Source: an uncultured bacterium (GTDB taxonomy: Bacteria; Planctomycetota; UBA1135; GCA-002686595). Taken from it: a stretch of DNA of 64,000 bases. The stretch lies in assembly GCA_943787795.1 (NCBI GenBank), contig CALSNU010000002.1, positions 512,001-576,000 of the forward strand, given 5' to 3'. Shown here piece by piece: positions 29,895 through 39,261 of the stretch (its first letter is position 1; every line of letters begins with the position of its first letter). A program made the translations under genes and the position numbers. The notes beneath the pieces were generated by a model. The model saw only the letters and a list, made by a program, of their open reading frames with translations, had not been told where the DNA came from and made no database searches.

Positions 29895-30158
29895 CGCCAA
29901 TTCGGTGCTGGGCCCATCCCTGAAAGGGACCACCCCGGAGCTGTACTCCTACGGCCTTCATAGCTCAACGGACCAGGATCCCCCGGCTCGGTCCTGGGGC
30001 TCCGATTAACGGCAGGGGTCGCTCCCCTGGAGTGATCGCTCTCCGGGCCCCGGCCAGGCGTTCACAAGCCACGACCGGCACGGTGCTCCCGCCCCGTGGG
30101 CGAGCTTGCCCGGCGGCAAAGGGGTTCGATTCGTGGGCCAGCGGAGATGGCCCATTGA

Positions 30159-30174
30159 TGTTCCACGTGGAACA
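30159..30174. promoter_or_regulatory. parS: parS site 3
   Basis: TGTTCCACGTGGAACA. Confidence 0.95.
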
Positions 30175-30420
30175 ACCGCCACGCTCACTCCACCTTCAAC
30201 CAAGCCCCAAGCGCCACCACAACCCCAAGGGCCCCGTTGCGATGGCCAGGACCACCTCGGAACCGCCGCCTGGGCCTCCCCTCAGGTCGCGCAACCTTCG
30301 CGAGCGGCTCCAACCCCGAGCCTGCCGGACCACCGACCGGCGAAGCCCGATTCATCACCAAGGGCGGCCGGGACCACGAGCGACACGACGTCAGAGCACG
30401 GACCGAAGCTCTGGAGCGGT

Positions 30421-30436
30421 TGTTCCACGTGGAACA
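30421..30436. promoter_or_regulatory. parS: parS site 4
   Basis: TGTTCCACGTGGAACA, extending to a 20-bp palindrome at 30419-30438. Confidence 0.95.
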
Positions 30437-30737
30437 ACTCACCTACGACCATGTCATTTCCAATTGTGGACAACCCACCTTCGCACTCTCCGGGTCCCCA
30501 GCCTCCGTCTCAGGCTTGGTCACTGCACCACGCACTGGAGGCGCGAGAGCAGCTATCCCGCCAGAGTCGCGCTGCGGCCACCACATCACGGAGTCCGTGG
30601 AGAACTGGTGGAGAACTACCCGCAGATCGACAAGACCCAACGCAGGCAGGCTCCGCTCCCCCCCCGACCCAGCGACCCACCCCACCCCGTCGATGGAGGA
30701 CCCCCAAGGACCACAAGGCGTTGTGGCCCTGGCAGAT

Positions 30738-31703
30738 TCAGATCGAGTCCTTGGGCGCCATCTGATCGCAGAGACGCTCGAGCTCATCGCGATTGGCGTA
30801 GTCCAAGGTGATCGAACCGCGGTACTTGCTGCCGTTCCGAAGCGTCACCTTGACCCCGAGGGCTTCCCGGAGGCGCCCCTCCATCTCACCCACCCAGGCC
30901 GGCTGCGTCGCGCCCACCTTGCTGGCCCCCGTGGAGCCAGCGGGGGCCTCTGAGGCTCCGCCGCTGCGAGTCAGCCGCTCGGTCTCGCGAACCGAGAGTT
31001 GTTTCCTCACGACTTGACCGAGGGCGCTGCGGATCGCCGCGGGGTCCGCCAGGCCAAGAAGGGCCTTGGCGTGACCGGAGGTGATCATGCCCTGGCTGAG
31101 CGCCTCGAGGGCCTCCTCTGGGAGGTCGAGCAGGCGAAGCTGGTTGGCGACCGAGGAGCGCTTGATTCCCATGCGCTCGGCCACCTGCTCCTGATTCAGG
31201 CCCACGCGATCCATGAGCGCTCGATAGCCGCGCGCCTTCTCCACCGGATCCAGGTCCATGCGCTGGATGTTCTCGACGATCGCCAACTCCAGGCTCACCT
31301 CGTCCGAGACGTCATCGCGAACCACCGCGGGAATGACCTGCAGACCTGCGTTCCTGGCGGCACGCCAACGACGCTCGCCCGAGATGATCTCGAAGCCACT
31401 GCCCTCCCGCCGAACTGTGATCGGCTGCAGTACGCCGTGCCGAAGGATGCTCTGACGAAGCTCCTCGAGCCCCTCCGACTCGAACACCTTGCGAGGCTGG
31501 TCCGGGTTTCGGCGGATCGCTGCCAGCTCCACCATCCGGCCGACGGTCTCCGCCGCGTCGGGCGCTTCCTCGGATCGGGGCGGCTCAGCCTTCGCGGGCA
31601 CGGCGCCCTTGCCCTGGGGAACGACGGTCTTGGGGCGCTCTGCTTGTCCGTCTTCAGGCTGCCCCAGAAGGGAGCCAAGGCCTCGACCGAGTCGACGTTC
31701 CAT
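30738..31703 (-). CDS. parB: Chromosome partitioning protein ParB/Spo0J
   Basis: N-terminal RRLGRGL ParA-contact motif, NPDQPRK.F, GVLQPI, GERRWRA, ENIQR.DL, HTH (RSSVANQLRLL), GHAKALL, LSVRETE. Confidence 0.96.
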   Translation of the reverse strand: MERRLGRGLGSLLGQPEDGQAERPKTVVPQGKGAVPAKAEPPRSEEAPDAAETVGRMVELAAIRRNPDQPRKVFESEGLEELRQSILRHGVLQPITVRREGSGFEIISGERRWRAARNAGLQVIPAVVRDDVSDEVSLELAIVENIQRMDLDPVEKARGYRALMDRVGLNQEQVAERMGIKRSSVANQLRLLDLPEEALEALSQGMITSGHAKALLGLADPAAIRSALGQVVRKQLSVRETERLTRSGGASEAPAGSTGASKVGATQPAWVGEMEGRLREALGVKVTLRNGSKYRGSITLDYANRDELERLCDQMAPKDSI

Positions 31704-31887
31704 GGGGTTCTTGATCGAGGGGCGGTGAGGGACTGGCGAGCGAGCCGGGACGAGCGGCGCGCGACTCTAGAGCAAGCCGTACACCTGTCAAGGGACACCG
31801 TCCCGGACACCTTGATGGCTCTTGATCAAGGGTAGCGAATGTCTGGATTCTCGACGGAGAGCGTTAGGCTCTGGGCGGATGAGCTGC

Positions 31888-32589
31888 ATGAACGTCACCC
31901 TCGGTCTCGTCCGGCACCACCTGCGCCAACCGCTCGGTTGGGTGCTCATCGTCGCCCTCTTGTTGTCCTGGCCGGCGCTGCGGACCTTCCTCCCGCTTGG
32001 CCTCGTCACCGCCGACGTGCACCACTGGACCGGCGCCTACGAAGCCGCATTCATCGGGGGGGTCGCGGCCATGGCCATGAGCCTCTCCCCGCTCCATGAG
32101 CTCAGCTGGCTCATGCGCCCCCTCGGACCCACCGGGCGGATCTTCGTGCAGGCCGGCAGCATGCTGCTCGTGAGCGCCTGCGCGGGGACGCTCGCGCTGG
32201 TTCCCGCCCACCTGTTCCACGACTGGCAGCTCGTGTCCTTCCGGGCGGGCGACTCGCTTCCGGCGCTCCTCCTCGCCTGGGCCCACGCTGCGGCCATCGG
32301 CGCGGTCCTCCTCCAAGTTCCGCTGGAGCGGCACCTCCGCGCCGCGATCGCCGTGGGCCTCGTCACTCTGGTTCCCGGGCTCGTAACGGGCGAGACACCT
32401 GCGGGGCACGCGCTCCTTGCCTGGTTTGATGCGGGAGAGACCCTGAGGGAGTCGTTCGAATTCTCACCCACCCGCGCTCACTGGATCGGGGCTGCGCTGC
32501 CGATGACAGGTTGGATCGCGGGCGCCCTGGCCCTCGCGGCTCCGGGAACCGACGGGCGACCCGCTCATGCAATACGCAATCCTAGGTGA
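31888..32589 (+). CDS. Hypothetical multi-pass membrane protein
   Basis: About six hydrophobic segments; overlaps the downstream phosphoesterase start; start could be 31879. Confidence 0.65.
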   Translation: MNVTLGLVRHHLRQPLGWVLIVALLLSWPALRTFLPLGLVTADVHHWTGAYEAAFIGGVAAMAMSLSPLHELSWLMRPLGPTGRIFVQAGSMLLVSACAGTLALVPAHLFHDWQLVSFRAGDSLPALLLAWAHAAAIGAVLLQVPLERHLRAAIAVGLVTLVPGLVTGETPAGHALLAWFDAGETLRESFEFSPTRAHWIGAALPMTGWIAGALALAAPGTDGRPAHAIRNPR

Positions 32590-33301
32590 CATTCACGCCA
32601 ACCTCGCTGCGCTTGAGGCCGTGCTCGAGTCGCTCGAGAACGAGGTCATCGACCAGATCCTCCAGGTCGGGGATGTCGTCGGCTACGGCGCGGCACCCGC
32701 CGAGTCCATCGAGCTGCTCCGTGAACGCGACGCCATGGTCGTGAAGGGCAACCATGACGCGGCTTGCGCGGGCGAGCTCGACACCAGGCTCTTCAACCCC
32801 AACGCCAGGGCCGCGGTGGACTTCACCCGAGCCGAGCTCTCTCGAGACGATCTCCAGTGGCTCGCGAACCTGCCGCTCCTGCATGCGACGGATGACTGCG
32901 TGCTGGCCCACAGCACGCTGCCCGACCCCGACCGCTTCGACTACATCCAGAGCACCTCCGAGGCGGACCCCTCCCTCGACACCCTCGACCGTCCGGTCGC
33001 CTTCCTCGGGCACACGCATGTCCCCGTCACGATCATGCGGCTCATCGATTCCCCGGAGAGGACGTCCTACACCATCGACCGCGAGATCGACCTCGAGGAG
33101 ACCACGGTGGCGCTCGTGAACGTCGGGAGCGTGGGACAGCCCAGGGACGAGGATTGTCGGGCGGCCTACGCCATCTACGACACAGCAACCCAGCGGGTCC
33201 AGTTGCGCAGGGTCGACTACGACATCGAGCGGGAAGCAGACCGAATCGTCCGCGCTGGACTCCCGAAGATGCTCGCGGACCGCCTCTTCCTCGGGATTTG
33301 A
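32567..33301 (+). CDS. Metallophosphoesterase (calcineurin-like, YfcE-related)
   Basis: GDIHAN, GDVVGYG, GNHD, GHTH, NVGSVGQPRD. Confidence 0.93.
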   Translation: MQYAILGDIHANLAALEAVLESLENEVIDQILQVGDVVGYGAAPAESIELLRERDAMVVKGNHDAACAGELDTRLFNPNARAAVDFTRAELSRDDLQWLANLPLLHATDDCVLAHSTLPDPDRFDYIQSTSEADPSLDTLDRPVAFLGHTHVPVTIMRLIDSPERTSYTIDREIDLEETTVALVNVGSVGQPRDEDCRAAYAIYDTATQRVQLRRVDYDIEREADRIVRAGLPKMLADRLFLGI

Positions 33302-33311
33302 GCCCGCCAGC

Positions 33312-34613
33312 TCACCTGCGCTGCCGCAGGTAGTTGAGGCTCACGGGGAGGTCCTCGAGCCCGGCCTCGCCCAGGTCAGCGGCGAACAACTGCTCGAGGT
33401 CGAGGAGGGTCCGCTCGTCCCCATGGGCGACGAAGGTCCGCTGCTCCGGGTTGGATCCGATCGCCACCATGAGCTCGAGGATCGAGCCGGCGTTGCACCT
33501 TGAACCTGCGACCTCCAGCTCGACGGGCGTGCCGTGGTGCTGGACGATCGCCACGATCAGCGACGCTGGCCTGGCATGGAGGAAGATGCCCTCCCTCAGG
33601 CAGAGTTCGACGCTGGAGACACGGGTGTAGCTCGGGAGCAGGGACGACGCGATCTCCCCGCCGCTCCGAATGAACGCCTGCGCGCTGACCAGCAGGCGGT
33701 TCAGCGTCACATCCCGGACCTGCGAGCGCGGCACCAGCCGCTGCAGGACCGAATCGGCCATGTCGGAGCGCAGACCGCGCTCGTGCCGCTCGACGAAGTG
33801 CGTCAGGTAGGTCACCGCGCCGAGGGTATGCAGCGCCGCCGAGGCGTGACCGCGGAGGTCGGGCAGGCGCGGGTCCCCGGTCTCCAACACCGTGTTCTTG
33901 ACGTACGTGTCGTAGCTCGACTGGAGGTTGTGGACGGTGGCTTCCCAGACGCGCGCCGTCTCCTCACTGCACTTGGCGCGCAGGAACTCCTCCCGGCGGT
34001 CGGCCTCGAGCATCGGCTCAATGCCCACGTCCTCGAGCATCTTGAGGGCAGAGAGGTAGCTGGTCGCGACCTTCGCGATGCGGTGGTCGTCGTCGTCAAT
34101 GCGGTCGAGGTCGACGTTGTTGGCGAGCCTCGGCGGCGCCTCCATGGCATCGTCCGGCCGCTGCCCCTGCCCCAGCTGCAGCTCGGAGACGCCGCGTTCC
34201 CTGGCCTCCTCGAGCAAGGCCCCCATCAGCAGCGCGGTGCGATCCTGCACGAAGCTGAGCGCCTCCCGCATGTGCCCGAGCACCTCCGCGCCCCCCCCAG
34301 GCAGCCGCTCGGCGACTCCGTACGAATCAACCCGGCGATCCAGGTGAGCGAGCTGCATTCCGGCAAGGGCGAATCCCCGGACCGAGGCGACGAGCTCGGT
34401 GAACGCCGAGAATGTTCGGTTGGTTCGGGCGCCGTGGTCGTCGAGGAATGACTCCAGCTCATCCGCGCTGGCCGAGACCTCGAAGAAGCGCCGCTTGGAC
34501 CAGCGCGTCCCCGAGGGCACCGCGCAGCTCGTCAGGAACCCCTCGGCGCGTTCCCGAAGGAGAACGCCGAAGTCCTGTTCAGAGACAACCGGCTTGTTGG
34601 TGGACGATCCCAT
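33312..34613 (-). CDS. Large protein with C-terminal HPr phosphocarrier domain
   Basis: C-terminal LHARPASLIV (His15 equivalent) and NAGSILELM (Ser46 equivalent); about 340 aa helical N-terminal region. Confidence 0.82.
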   Translation of the reverse strand: MGSSTNKPVVSEQDFGVLLRERAEGFLTSCAVPSGTRWSKRRFFEVSASADELESFLDDHGARTNRTFSAFTELVASVRGFALAGMQLAHLDRRVDSYGVAERLPGGGAEVLGHMREALSFVQDRTALLMGALLEEARERGVSELQLGQGQRPDDAMEAPPRLANNVDLDRIDDDDHRIAKVATSYLSALKMLEDVGIEPMLEADRREEFLRAKCSEETARVWEATVHNLQSSYDTYVKNTVLETGDPRLPDLRGHASAALHTLGAVTYLTHFVERHERGLRSDMADSVLQRLVPRSQVRDVTLNRLLVSAQAFIRSGGEIASSLLPSYTRVSSVELCLREGIFLHARPASLIVAIVQHHGTPVELEVAGSRCNAGSILELMVAIGSNPEQRTFVAHGDERTLLDLEQLFAADLGEAGLEDLPVSLNYLRQRR

Positions 34614-34772
34614 GACCCGGGCGGGAGGGTAGCACGATCTCCGTTGCGAGACCGTGTTCCAGGATCGACCTCGGGGCTCAAGACCGAGCCAACAAGAGTC
34701 CGAATCCATGGGAAGAGGGGGCCTCACGGGGCGCCCTGATCACGCATTCCCCCTGCGACACGGAGCACCACC

Positions 34773-35579
34773 ATTTCTGCCGAACGCTGTCTCGAGACCT
34801 ATCTCCATGAGATCAACGAGGTCCCCCTCCTCACCGCGGACGAGGAGAAGGTGCTCGGTGCCCGGGTCCAATCCGGTGACCTCGAAGCGCGGGAGCACCT
34901 GATCCGGGCCAACCTCCGGCTCGTGGTGTCCATCGCCAAGATGTACAACGATCGAGGTCTGAACCTCCAGGACCTCATCGCAGAGGGAAACATCGGCCTG
35001 ATGAAGGCCGCGGAGAAGTTCGACCCCGAGGCTGGCTGCCGCTTCTCGACCTACGGTACGTGGTGGATCAAGCAGTCGATCCGACGCGCGCTGACCAACA
35101 CGGTCAAGTCGGTGCGCGTCCCCGGATACATGACGGAGATGATCTCCAAGTGGAGGAACGTCGCTAACGAGCTGCGCTACATGCTCGGGCGCATGCCCAC
35201 GGTCGAGGAGGTCGCGATGGAGCTCGGAATCCCCCGCGAGTCCTGGCCCCTCCTGAAGCGCACCATCGAGTCCAACCAGGCCGGGCAGGTCTCACTGGAT
35301 GTGATGACCCAGACCCAGGACACCGTCGAGGACGAGAAGGCCGTCGACCCGGAGGAGTCCATGCTCCACCGCGACCTGCTCTCGCGGCTCGACGAGCTCC
35401 TCGGGGTGATCGACGAGCGTGAGGCGCAGATCCTGCGGCTCCGCTACGGCCTCGGGGATGGAGCCGAGCCGATGACCCTGAAGGAGATCGGGAAGGTCGT
35501 TGGCCTGACCCGTGAGCGCGTTCGCCAGATCGAACGCGAAGCCCTCCGAAAGCTCTACGACGTCATGGCTGGGGACTGA
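34773..35579 (+). CDS. RNA polymerase sigma-70 factor, RpoD/RpoS-like (group 2), probable ATT start
   Basis: Region 1.2 LETYLHEINEVPLLTADEE, region 2 ANLRLVVSIAK...DLIAEGNIGL...RFSTY.TWWIKQ, region 4 TLKEIG..VGLTRERVRQIE; lacks region 1.1. Confidence 0.9.
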   Translation: MSAERCLETYLHEINEVPLLTADEEKVLGARVQSGDLEAREHLIRANLRLVVSIAKMYNDRGLNLQDLIAEGNIGLMKAAEKFDPEAGCRFSTYGTWWIKQSIRRALTNTVKSVRVPGYMTEMISKWRNVANELRYMLGRMPTVEEVAMELGIPRESWPLLKRTIESNQAGQVSLDVMTQTQDTVEDEKAVDPEESMLHRDLLSRLDELLGVIDEREAQILRLRYGLGDGAEPMTLKEIGKVVGLTRERVRQIEREALRKLYDVMAGD

Positions 35580-35638
35580 GTCCCAACGGAAGCGACCTGT
35601 GCCCCCAGACGTGCCAGGCCGCCCCGAGGAAGTGAATC

Positions 35639-36526
35639 ATGAGCAGCAAGAAGAACGCCGACGCGCAGGACAACCGCTCAAGGTCGGATCGGGACCTCGG
35701 CCAGCGCCTGATCAGCGCCGTCGAGCGCGGCGACCTCGAGGCGATCGGAGGCCGTGACCTGCAGGAGGCCCTGGTCTCCACCGTGGATACCCGCCCCGCG
35801 ACCTCGGGTTGGACCCCCCTCATGCTGGCAGCGGCGAAGGGTGACGCCGACATCACAGGCTCCCTCCTGGAGGCCGGAGGCGACCCGGGCGAGGCCCTGC
35901 TGATCGCCTGCGCGCTCGGCCACACCAAGGTCGCCAGCAAGCTCATCGACGGCGGAGTGGACGTGGAGTTGCAGGACCGAGGCGGCCGCAACGCGCTCTC
36001 CTTCGCCGCCCAGACCGGAGATGAGGGGCTCATCGACGCGCTGCTCGCGGCCGGGTTGCCCGTCGATCTGCCCGAGCGCGAGTCCGGCATGACGGCCCTC
36101 TCACGCGCGGCCCTCGCCGGTCGGTCCGAGGCCTGCGGCGCGCTCCTCAAGGCCGGCGCCGGCATGGGCCACGTCGACCACGAGGGCTTCACTCCCCTCC
36201 TGTACGCCGCGAGCTCCGCGCACGAGTCGGTCTGCAGGGTCCTCCTCGAGGCCGGCGCCGACCCCAATGACCGATCACCTGACGGGTGCGGCGCGCTCCT
36301 CGCAGCGATCTCCGCCCGCGCCTACTTCAGCCTCGAGGGAGACGCCCACGAGGTCCGGCCCTTCGACGAGGCTCAGCTGCTCCCGATCGTGGAGCTCCTG
36401 GCCCGCTGGGGAGCGGAGGTCGAACTCGACGGCGAGGCGTGCCGTCGTGCGCGAAGCTTGGGATACGACGCCATCGCCAGGAGCCTCGCGGAGTACGCCT
36501 GCGAGCCCCTCCGAGCAGCCAGCTGA
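35639..36526 (+). CDS. Ankyrin repeat protein
   Basis: Repeated G.TPL..AA..G....LL.AGA motifs. Confidence 0.9.
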   Translation: MSSKKNADAQDNRSRSDRDLGQRLISAVERGDLEAIGGRDLQEALVSTVDTRPATSGWTPLMLAAAKGDADITGSLLEAGGDPGEALLIACALGHTKVASKLIDGGVDVELQDRGGRNALSFAAQTGDEGLIDALLAAGLPVDLPERESGMTALSRAALAGRSEACGALLKAGAGMGHVDHEGFTPLLYAASSAHESVCRVLLEAGADPNDRSPDGCGALLAAISARAYFSLEGDAHEVRPFDEAQLLPIVELLARWGAEVELDGEACRRARSLGYDAIARSLAEYACEPLRAAS

Positions 36527-36572
36527 GCTTCCCAGGTCGACGTAGCCTCCGCCTTCGGTGACACTGGGCGGC

Positions 36573-37676
36573 ATGCGGGCTCCCCACCGGATCATCCCCG
36601 CCGCCATGACCCTCGCGGCCCTGACGGTTCTCGGCTGGACGATCTTCGGAGAGCCCAGCCCACGGGAGTCCCCATCAAAGGTGACGGGGCTGACCCTGCC
36701 CGAAGCACCGGACCCCATCCAGGAGGCTGCCGACCCGCTGATGGCGCCAGCCCTCGCCGAGGACAGCCCGGGGATCGAACCCGGCGGCCGCTCCGGCGCT
36801 GACACCACCCCCTTCGTCGAACGCCTCAGGCCCTTCGAGGGTGAGGCCCTGCTGCAGGTCAAGGGCGCCCCCCTCCCGTCCCCGGTGAGGTCAGGGTCCT
36901 TCCAGCTGGAGATCCTGACCCAGGGCGCATCACAGCTGACCGAGGTCAAGGTCGGCAGCGGTCGCTTCAAGCTGGAGATCCCCGATCGCTCCCGGGTCAA
37001 GCTGCTGGGGGGCATGTTCAACGGCCAGCGCGTTCGCTTCGAGGGGCTCGGTCACGCGTTCACGCCGGTCGACAGCCCCTATGTCCTCGTGGGTTCGCCC
37101 TTTCCCCTGAACCGACTCATTGTGCGGGACGGCCCCACTGGCGCGCACCTCTCCGGGCTGCGCGTCACCCAGGCCTCGGGAATGAGCCCGCTCACCCTGC
37201 GGGATCAAGCCGCCGGTGAGGAGCTCGTCCTCAAGGACGCGAGCTCTCCCGTTGACCTGCCCTGGATCGAGTCTCGCACCCCCCTGTGGCTTCGGGTTGA
37301 GGCGGACGGCTACGCGCCGGCGACCGCGTGGGTTGACCCGGATCAGGAACGAACACGAGAGCTCCTCCTGTGGCCCGCAGCGGAGCTCGAGGTCCGCGTC
37401 ATCGGCGACGCCCGAGAGGCCCTGAAGATGATCGCGCTGTTCCACGACGCGCCCGAGGGTCGCACGATCGCCGGCGGAGTCATCGAGCGACGGGCCGCAG
37501 GGGTGACCTCGGATGGGGAGGCGTGGGTCTTCGACCTCGTCGGCTTGCCCGCGCTGCCGACCCAGGTCGTCGCCAAAGGCATCGACCTCAAGGCGCAGCC
37601 CGTGGACCTCTCGACGGCCAACATCACGCTCGAACCCGGCGGTCGCCAGACCGTGGTGCTACGCCTCAGGCGCTGA
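36573..37676 (+). CDS. Membrane-anchored or secreted hypothetical protein with carboxypeptidase-regulatory-like beta domains
   Basis: N-terminal hydrophobic segment; LRVEADGYAPA motif; beta-rich. Confidence 0.65.
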   Translation: MRAPHRIIPAAMTLAALTVLGWTIFGEPSPRESPSKVTGLTLPEAPDPIQEAADPLMAPALAEDSPGIEPGGRSGADTTPFVERLRPFEGEALLQVKGAPLPSPVRSGSFQLEILTQGASQLTEVKVGSGRFKLEIPDRSRVKLLGGMFNGQRVRFEGLGHAFTPVDSPYVLVGSPFPLNRLIVRDGPTGAHLSGLRVTQASGMSPLTLRDQAAGEELVLKDASSPVDLPWIESRTPLWLRVEADGYAPATAWVDPDQERTRELLLWPAAELEVRVIGDAREALKMIALFHDAPEGRTIAGGVIERRAAGVTSDGEAWVFDLVGLPALPTQVVAKGIDLKAQPVDLSTANITLEPGGRQTVVLRLRR

Positions 37677-37756
37677 GCCCGACGCCGTGGCGCCCCAGGC
37701 GGAGCCTCCGCGCTGGTGACCCCTTAGGCCTCGAGCGCCACCCCCCCACGCCCCCT

Positions 37757-39030
37757 ATGACCGGTCCCAAGCGCAGCCAAGCCCACATGGAAGAGCACCA
37801 GCAGCGGGTCGAGGACGAGCCGACACCGAACTCCAGGCGTGACACCCCCAGGGTCTCCGCGCCGCCCCAGGCGCTGGAGGGCACCGCCCTCTACGTGCAT
37901 CTGCCCTTTTGCGCCGCCAAGTGTCACTACTGCGACTTCTTCTCGGTGCCCGACGAGGGTCAGGACATCGACGGGATGATCGCCGCGATCCTGCGAGAGG
38001 CCGAGCGCCGTGCCCCTGCGCGGCCAGCCACGCTCTTCCTGGGTGGGGGGACGCCGTCCTTGCTCAGCGCAGGGCAGCTGAAGACCCTCCTCGACGGGCT
38101 CCACGAGATCTCGGGCTGGCGAGAGAGCGCCAAGGAGGTCACCGCGGAGTGCAACCCCGAGAGCCTGGACGTGGACAAGGCGCGCTGCCTGCTCGACCTC
38201 GGCGTCCCCCGCCTCTCCATTGGCTTCCAGTCCCTGGATGACGAGACGCTCAAGCTGTTCGGCCGGGTCCACACGGCCGCGGAGTCGTTCCGAGCCTACG
38301 AGTCCGCGCGCACCGCGGGGATCGAGCACGTCAACGTGGACCTGATCTACGCGATCCCAGGACAGACGGCTGATGGATGGAGCTCCGACCTCGGCCGGGT
38401 CCTCGACCTGGGCCCGGACCACCTCTCTGCGTACAACCTCACCTTCGAGGAGGACACGCGCTTCAAGCGCTGGCTCGACCGGGGGCGCCTGGAGGCCGCA
38501 GAGGAGGAGGTCGAGCTCGAGATGTTCCACGCCACCCGGGACCTCGCGTCGTCGAGCGGGCTCATCGCCTACGAGATCTCCAACCACGCCCGCCCCGATG
38601 AACAGTGCCGCCATAACGTCAACTACTGGCGGAACGGCGAGTACGTGGGCATTGGCCCCGGAGCGGTCAGTAAGGTCGCGCAGACACGATCGGGCAACCC
38701 TCGATCGATCAGCCCGTACCTGCACCGGATCCGCGGACACGGCCACGCGACCGAGTGGAGCGAGGTGCCCGAGGAGGTCGCCCGCGTCGCCGAGTGCTGG
38801 TGGCTGGGCCTCCGTCTGAAGGAGGGCGTTGACCCCCGCCGAGGTGGCCAAGACAGCGTCCGCGTCCGAGGCCGCCATCGAGGCCTCCGTCGCGCTGGCC
38901 ACGAGGCTCGTCGGCGACGGGCTCCTCGACCGCTCAGGAGACCGATTCCACCTCAGCGACCGGGGGCCTCCCGCTCGCAGACGGCGTGGCCCGGGAGTTC
39001 CTGCAGCGGCTCTCGCAAGACACCAGGTGA
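37757..39030 (+). CDS. hemW: Radical SAM heme chaperone HemW (HemN-like); two apparent +1 frameshifts near the 3' end
   Basis: LYVHLPFCAAKCHYCDF, GGGTPS, YEISN, HNVNYW (HNxxYW signature); C-terminus restored by removing one base at C5 38833-38837 and at G5 38962-38966, giving ...LSDRGLPLADGVAREFL. Confidence 0.88.
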
Positions 39031-39261
39031 GGACGCGCCTCAGCACCACGCCCCAGATCGAGATGTGGCGCGTTGTCGCGGTGCGTCAAATTGCCTGACT
39101 CGTTTCGGCGCAACGAAGGGCTGCTCTCGCTGATGAGGGCGCCGGCCTTGCGTTTGGAGGGATAACTTTGGACCTAAGGCGAGACCCCATCATCGTCGGC
39201 ACAAGTCCGCTGCTCGCCCTTCCTGACCCACGCTTCGCTCACTAGCAACGACTCTCTCCAG

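Noticed and set aside
30123..30132. GGTTCGATTC, tRNA T-loop-like
   Set aside because: No pairing T-stem, acceptor stem or anticodon arm.
29772..30436. Repeated palindrome with unique intervening DNA as a possible CRISPR array
   Set aside because: Repeat is 16 bp and matches parS; spacing is irregular and too long; no cas genes.
29623..30953. Short ORFs in the parS region containing MFHVE/VPRGT peptides
   Set aside because: These peptides are just translations of the parS palindrome; no coding bias.
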